DNA of 53,268 nucleotides from sequence record OR327751.1; one strand, written 5' to 3'. The DNA comes from Escherichia phage Ecp_YSF. The notes under the pieces are model-generated. The model saw nothing but the letters and a program-made list of their open reading frames with translations, had not been told where the DNA came from and searched no databases. The position numbers and the translations under genes are program-made. Below, piece after piece: positions 48,418 through 53,268 of this stretch; position 1 is the first letter of the stretch, and every line of letters begins with the position of its first letter.

Positions 48418-48969
48418 TCTTTTCGATGGAATGTTTCCATCATATACATTTATCTTTTAACATAGGCCAAAGGGCCGGAATACTTATTCGCAGAAAAGCT
48501 ATTCACTTGTTATAGGCGATGTATTGGGATGAATTAGAACTAAATAAGCAAGCTGTTAGGGCTGAATAATTAGAGGGTTGTGCCTCATGCTTATGTTAGT
48601 CATTCGAAAATAGGTTTGTGCCACAAGCTGCTGGTGCTCTGAGGAAGTCGGACAAACAGGGCTTAGAGTGGCATAATCCGCACAAAACCGCGCCACCAGC
48701 TATGCCAAAGCAGGTGGATTGGGTGAATGTATTGGGAAGGGTTGCAAAGCCTCTGCGAGCACGGTATCGCGTATAATAAGTGACGTCTGCGCTGCGTGTA
48801 TCGCACCCTAACGGGAGTAACCCTTCGCCAATGCAGTTATCCAGAATTGACACAAACGGTAGGCAGTGGCCCGATTTTCGGCCTTCCTGTGCTACCCTGT
48901 GGCCTGTTTCATGGGCCAAAAGATGAGAAGAGAAGTCACAAACCCCGAATCGAAAATTGGAGAGTTCCT

Positions 48970-49260
48970 ATGATTCGCAAACATTCTATCCGGGTAATTA
49001 AGGCCCGTAATATTCACACAGGAGAGATGGAAGCATTCGCTTTCTTGGGTGGAAAGTTTTATTTATTTGGTTGGGAAGGAAGTGATTTAAAGTTTGAATT
49101 CTTTATGAATATGTACTCGATTAAAGAGTTGTTAAACAATGCGACCTACGGACCATCCTACATGGAATATTGTTTCGGCAAGCCAGTCGAGCATCTTCTG
49201 TCCAAATCTTTCATTTACAGCTGGACAACAAACCAACCAGTTTACGGAGTTCCATTTTGA
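48970..49260 (+). CDS. Hypothetical protein (96 aa)
   Basis: ATG with GGAGAG upstream. Confidence 0.45.
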   Translation: MIRKHSIRVIKARNIHTGEMEAFAFLGGKFYLFGWEGSDLKFEFFMNMYSIKELLNNATYGPSYMEYCFGKPVEHLLSKSFIYSWTTNQPVYGVPF

Positions 49261-49547
49261 ACTTACAAGACAAATCTAAAGAAGAGTTGATTGAGATTAT
49301 CCAGAAAGAGCACGAACTCGCTGGCATCACAATCAACTATGAACTCCGGGCAATGCAAGCTGTTGCTTTGGGTCATGGTCTAATGGCTACACTCATTCAT
49401 GCCAAGAATGTGTTAGGCATTGACAACGAAAAATACCAAATTCTGGAGAAAGCTGCGCAAGAGCGGATTTCGCAGTGCTTGGTGACATTAGTTGATTTGG
49501 GAATCGACGCAGAAACTGCGAACAAACGTATCCTACAAGGCCACTAA
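49257..49547 (+). CDS. Hypothetical protein
   Basis: TTG start with GGAG upstream, overlapping previous stop; internal ATG is an alternative. Confidence 0.35.
   Translation: MNLQDKSKEELIEIIQKEHELAGITINYELRAMQAVALGHGLMATLIHAKNVLGIDNEKYQILEKAAQERISQCLVTLVDLGIDAETANKRILQGH
49484..49501 (+). promoter_or_regulatory. Conserved phage motif copy j (inside 3' end of upstream gene)
   Basis: GACATTAGTTGATTTGGG, about 48 nt upstream of ATG 49549. Confidence 0.3.
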
Positions 49548-49548
49548 A

Positions 49549-50223
49549 ATGTCTTATCATGATGATGACAAAGAGATTGCACTATCAACGTGTAAGCAAT
49601 GGCTCAATGATAATGATGCCGTCTATCTTGCCAAGGAAGATGTTATCATTATGTGGGTCCATTTTAATCCAGAATCGAAGCGCGGTGAGTGGCAACGCTA
49701 CAAGATGAAAGAGGCTTGTCGCATAATTAAAGCCACACGCGCTGGCTTCTCTGCTATGAAATACATCAAGCCAGAGATGCTGATGCTTGCTGCACAGGAA
49801 GAAGAACGTGCATATAAGCAAGCTGTTAAATCTCGTTCAACTGTTCCTCCAGAGTTCTTTAATTTGGAGCGCGCTGGACACTTCAACAATTTAGAAATGT
49901 TGACACTGTGCCTGTTGCAAGAATTAGTTGGAAGAGGACAAAACATTGAAGCTGTTTGTCTTGGAGAACTTATGAAAGAGTTGTTCTCGGCAAAGGGCTT
50001 TGCTGTGCCAAATCGAACTTTACGCTGGAAATTGTTGCGAGCAGTCGCTCAAGAAGCTGGTGTAGTTGTTCGTGACAGAACAAACCGACTCACTGTAACT
50101 GGAGTTGGGCGTTTTGTAGCAATCCAGATTGAGGGTTATGACGAATCAATCATCACTGAACTCACTGTCGATGAGACAAAGGATTTAGTAAATAAAACAC
50201 TAGAACGATTCAATAGATACTGA
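49549..50223 (+). CDS. Hypothetical protein (224 aa)
   Basis: ATG-initiated; no recognised motif. Confidence 0.5.
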   Translation: MSYHDDDKEIALSTCKQWLNDNDAVYLAKEDVIIMWVHFNPESKRGEWQRYKMKEACRIIKATRAGFSAMKYIKPEMLMLAAQEEERAYKQAVKSRSTVPPEFFNLERAGHFNNLEMLTLCLLQELVGRGQNIEAVCLGELMKELFSAKGFAVPNRTLRWKLLRAVAQEAGVVVRDRTNRLTVTGVGRFVAIQIEGYDESIITELTVDETKDLVNKTLERFNRY

Positions 50224-50247
50224 GTCGTTTGACGAATCAGAGCAGTT

Positions 50248-50272
50248 CTGAAACATTAGTTGGATGTGGAAA
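50248..50272 (+). promoter_or_regulatory. Conserved phage motif copy i
   Basis: CTGAAACATTAGTTGGATGTGGAAA. Confidence 0.4.
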
Positions 50273-50346
50273 GAGAAAGGCTCTTTAATTTTATCTAAGT
50301 CACGTCATCGTGGCGTGCAAAACTATTCAATATAAGGTATATACAA

Positions 50347-50685
50347 ATGGCTAAGATTGTAACCGTAACTCAGTACGAAGCTAACGATGGTTCCCTGTTC
50401 CTGACCGAAGCAGAGTGTAATGCACACGACTTCAAACTGGAAAACGGTGCTAAAATTGAGAAAGCTGCCGAAGCGTACCTGAACACCGTTGGCGCTATCG
50501 ACCGTTCTCGCTCCATGCAGAAGAACACCATCGAGCAGTTCCTGGCATTCTACCTGCCGTGGGTTGAAGCTGGTGAGCCGGAAGTTGAGCGTACTAAGTT
50601 CGATACTCCGAAAGAAGCCAAAGTTGCTGACGCAAGTGTTGCCGAAGCTGCCGAAGCTGCTGTTGAAGAAGCTCCGGTATTCTAA
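50347..50685 (+). CDS. Hypothetical protein with acidic Ala/Glu-rich C-terminus (112 aa)
   Basis: ATG with AAGGT upstream. Confidence 0.5.
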   Translation: MAKIVTVTQYEANDGSLFLTEAECNAHDFKLENGAKIEKAAEAYLNTVGAIDRSRSMQKNTIEQFLAFYLPWVEAGEPEVERTKFDTPKEAKVADASVAEAAEAAVEEAPVF

Positions 50686-50726
50686 GTTGCCGATGGCAAA
50701 CTTGAGAGACTAAGCTAAATCGATCT

Positions 50727-50757
50727 GGCATGCACTGGGAGATCTGCCAGTGCTGCC
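50727..50757 (+). other. Stable hairpin downstream of last small gene
   Basis: GGCA-t-GCACTGG (8-nt loop) CCAGTGC-t-GCC; no U-tract. Confidence 0.35.
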
Positions 50758-51583
50758 TTGAATCCCATTCCAGAGTGAGTGGGCTTCAATGAGCATTCTT
50801 GTGATTAGAGTTGGGAGGTAGGCCGATGCCCAAGCTCGTGGCCCAGACAAGAGTGTTCATTGAAGTAGTTTTCTGAGTCTTACGACGGGCCTAAACTGCC
50901 TGGAGTTATTGCGACTGTTTTATTCATTTAAAATAAATGCAAATGATTCTGAAATGCGAGTTGCGGCTTAATTAAATTTAAGTCCTCTCCGTGGTCTTCC
51001 AATCCCACGTAACCAAATTTGGCGCATTGTGGCTTCGAGATGTGATTAATAAATCGGAGCAATAATTAATTTGTATTCTGCGATGCAAAGCAGGCTTAAG
51101 TCCTCCAGTGCGCGTGGGGATGTGACAGAGTACAAACTTAATTATGCAGTTGGATATTTCTAGAGGACGGACGAGCACACTGGAATGTCTTCAATTGGTT
51201 TAGTGTGAGAAGCTATGCCAATTTGAAACGTAACTCCTTGGGGAAGTGCTCCTCTGGATTTCCCTCCACACAGGAATCTCAAGCCTGTGGCAGCGACTTC
51301 GAAGCTGCACTGCGTAACCTAATTCACCCTAAAGTGAGTTGCCCTGAGCATGGAAATAAACTGCTCTAACCGATGGTATCTACAAAGGTAGATTAAATCA
51401 GGTTGCCTGTTGGTACTTGGGTTCAACACCTGCTTGCACTCGCAAAGTAGTGCCTCGTACCTGAGATGAAGTGAGTCGGGACCATCAATCCCACGTTATG
51501 TCAAAACACAGTAGGCGACTCACAGATTCTACAAGCCTCGCAGTTCGGGAAAACCTGCGTTATCAAAACCCCCCCCTCAATTT

Positions 51584-51676
51584 GGACGAGTAGCTCAGAA
51601 GGTCTGCTCCAGAGCTTAGTCAGGTAGAGCAATCTGTTCGACAGATGTGTCGTTGGTTCGAATCCAACCTCGTCCA
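51584..51676 (+). tRNA. tRNA-like gene, possibly type II (Leu-CAG-like), with atypical D region; CCA encoded at 51677-51679
   Basis: Acceptor GGACGAG / CTCGTCC; T-arm GTTGG-TTCGAAT-CCAAC; candidate anticodon arm 51614-51630 with loop GTCAGGT; variable-arm hairpin ATCTG-TTCGA-CAGAT; D region does not fold canonically by hand. Confidence 0.45.
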
Positions 51677-51706
51677 CCAACTCTCAATAATAAACATGGA
51701 GTCCTT

Positions 51707-51847
51707 ATGGACATTGATGCACTAGACAATTTGGACTTCGGTGCTGCCGAAGAAGCAATTGAAGAACTCAAGAAAAAGCAGGACGAAGAAGCAATCGTTC
51801 CTGGTGCTGGCGATAACGACTGCTCAAGTGGTGCGTGCGCCATCTAA
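51707..51847 (+). CDS. Small acidic protein (46 aa)
   Basis: RBS GGAG before ATG 51707. Confidence 0.35.
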   Translation: MDIDALDNLDFGAAEEAIEELKKKQDEEAIVPGAGDNDCSSGACAI

Positions 51848-51855
51848 GGTGATTT

Positions 51856-52092
51856 ATGCAACAGCTTAAATCAATAATTCTTGGCGTCCTGACTGCATTT
51901 GGTATTATCATTGCAGTGTTCCTCAAAGGCAAAAGCTCAGGCAAAGCCGAGGAGCGTCAGGAAGCCACAGAGAAGCAACTAGATTCATTAAAAGAATCTA
52001 TCGAGATTAAATCGCATGTTCAGAAAGAAGTGTCTAGCAGTTCTGATAGCAATGTCGATAGTGAGTTGCTCTCAAAGTGGGTTCGTAAGTGA
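51856..52092 (+). CDS. Small membrane protein, i-spanin-like topology
   Basis: N-terminal TM segment IILGVLTAFGIIIAVFL followed by charged helical region. Confidence 0.4.
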   Translation: MQQLKSIILGVLTAFGIIIAVFLKGKSSGKAEERQEATEKQLDSLKESIEIKSHVQKEVSSSSDSNVDSELLSKWVRK

Positions 52093-52225
52093 TTATTGCT
52101 TAATTGCACAACCAATCTATTTGGATGTTGCAGAAGTGAAAATCTTATCACGCGAAACCAAAACACAGATTTTAGTCCACAATGAAACGTGGGCACAAAA
52201 GTGTTCGAAACTTACCCGACAGTGA
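52016..52225 (+). CDS. Putative lipoprotein, o-spanin-like, overlapping the upstream gene in another frame
   Basis: MFRKKCLAVLIAMSIVSC has lipobox-like IVSC; ORF overlaps 3' end of 51856-52092. Confidence 0.3.
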   Translation: MFRKKCLAVLIAMSIVSCSQSGFVSDYCLIAQPIYLDVAEVKILSRETKTQILVHNETWAQKCSKLTRQ

Positions 52226-52546
52226 GTGAACATGGCCTAGCTAGTTGGTGGTGTAAAGACTGACCAAGGTGACGACAGCCAAAGTCGAGGGAGTGCGCGA
52301 CTTTAAATAACGAGACTCTAGCCACTTGTGGTATGGCAGGTGTAACTCCTGCAATTGCTCTGGGCATAACAATTAAAATTGCTGCCTCGTATTGAACGCG
52401 AGAAAGTTCAGGTGGTCACTTCCTAGAACAGTGTCCGAGAACACACTCGCCAAAGTGCTTGAGAACGTTAGCTCTGTCTTGCCAGCATTAATGGCACGTT
52501 GGCCGCGTAAAGGCCGCAACCTCAATCATATATAAGGTAGTCTTCT

Positions 52547-52747
52547 ATGGACAAAATTAGCATTCGTGCAATCATTCGTAACGCAATCATTAATAATGAG
52601 GTGCGTACATATCAGTATCAAGAAATTCAGGTAGCTCTAGGTTGTAGCCGACATAAGGCAAAGCAACTTTATTACGCATTTCTGTATAACGCAGGGGATG
52701 CATTTCTTCGCAAGAAGTTGACAGAACCTGATAGCGACCCTTGTTAA
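52547..52747 (+). CDS. Hypothetical protein (66 aa)
   Basis: ATG with AAGGTAG upstream. Confidence 0.45.
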   Translation: MDKISIRAIIRNAIINNEVRTYQYQEIQVALGCSRHKAKQLYYAFLYNAGDAFLRKKLTEPDSDPC

Positions 52748-52789
52748 TCATCACAGCGTCTGGCCAACGTATCGGCCGCCAAATTCAAT

Positions 52790-52857
52790 GGGATTTTCGT
52801 ATGTACGGGCTTGACCGTGGTGAAACGACCTGACTGGTTCGATTCCAGTGAATCCCA
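52790..52857 (+). ncRNA. tRNA-like acceptor/T-arm element
   Basis: GGGATTT pairs with GAATCCC; T-arm ACTGG-TTCGATT-CCAGT; intervening region does not form a cloverleaf by hand. Confidence 0.3.
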
Positions 52858-53127
52858 CGAACAATGGATTCGTAGAGTTAATTAAACCTGCACGATGGGA
52901 TAGGGATGAAGCATCCGAGGCCGACTGTGTAATTGTGAACTTATCGTTCACCGAATCCACCAAATACCCGGGAGAAAGTGCTGTGGACGATATTGTATCG
53001 TAGGTGGTCGCATTCCACCCTCCCAACTCTTACCAAACAGTTATGCCTCTGTTCAAAAGGCTCAAGAGAGCGTCTGGCATACCGTAGCGATACGGCTTAG
53101 TTGCGCTGATTGTGTTGTGCAGAAAGA

Positions 53128-53268
53128 AAGTTCAGGCTTTCGTTTGGGTTACTCCTCATCCCGAAGTTAGCTGGATTCAAAATCCAGACTATGTTCCTAT
53201 ACACATGAAATATGCAAGTCGAGGGTTCTTAATGTTCAAACATGATGCGAGCATTGAGCGGGTTTATA
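53128..53268. repeat. Right copy of direct terminal repeat; identical to 1-141
   Basis: Exact 141-nt identity with window start. Confidence 0.9.

Noticed and set aside
537-53026. All minus-strand ORFs in the six-frame track (for example 537-806, 4323-5000, 16006-16752, 19769-20383, 33647-34420, 52751-53026)
   Set aside because: Each lies inside or largely overlaps a + strand gene with recognisable motifs or clear operon context, and their translations are low-complexity or Cys/Ser/Leu-rich in the way antisense frames usually are. The last one (52751-53026) overlaps a + strand tRNA-like element and has no RBS context I could see. I treat all of them as spurious.
1-53268. Lysogeny module, integrase, nrdA, reverse transcriptase, or known defence systems
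   Set aside because: No ORF showed integrase, repressor, RT or large RNR subunit motifs by eye. Absence is by visual inspection only and needs a profile search to confirm.

Overview
The window reads as a complete, virulent-looking tailed-phage genome of about 53.1 kb: positions 1-141 are repeated exactly at 53128-53268 (direct terminal repeat of at least 141 bp, or a circular-assembly overlap). Every convincing gene is on the + strand; the minus-strand ORFs in the track all lie inside + strand genes and look spurious. Gene order: (1) nucleotide metabolism and replication, 0.3-9.6 kb: ThyX-like thymidylate synthase, T7 gp4-like primase-helicase, family A DNA polymerase, 5'-3' exonuclease, HNH endonuclease, ATP-dependent DNA ligase, P-loop kinase, dUTPase; (2) packaging and head, 10-17 kb: large terminase, portal, scaffold-like protein, small head protein with a -1 frameshift Ig-like extension, major capsid protein; (3) contractile tail, 18-34 kb: sheath, tube, chaperone with G/GT-type -1 frameshift, a 1223-aa tape-measure-like protein, baseplate and three tail-fibre genes; (4) lysis, 34.4-35.4 kb: holin plus signal-peptide SleB-like hydrolase; (5) an orphan class Ia RNR small subunit (nrdB) with no nrdA; (6) a compact 646-aa T7-like single-subunit RNA polymerase; (7) a 1.3-kb repeat-rich non-coding region; (8) about 30 small genes at 40.5-50.7 kb, including an SSB C-terminal-tail mimic, an ArdA-like acidic protein and an M15 peptidase; (9) a structured ORF-poor right end with a tRNA-like gene. 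No integrase, repressor, CRISPR array or reverse transcriptase was seen. The most unusual items are a YqaJ-like PD-(D/E)xK nuclease domain embedded in the tape-measure-like protein, a roughly 23-bp motif present in at least 10 intergenic copies (candidate promoters for the phage RNAP), the small RNAP itself, and a protein carrying the host SSB tip DFDDDIPF. All calls are by eye from the sequence and ORF translations; no database search or folding program was run.
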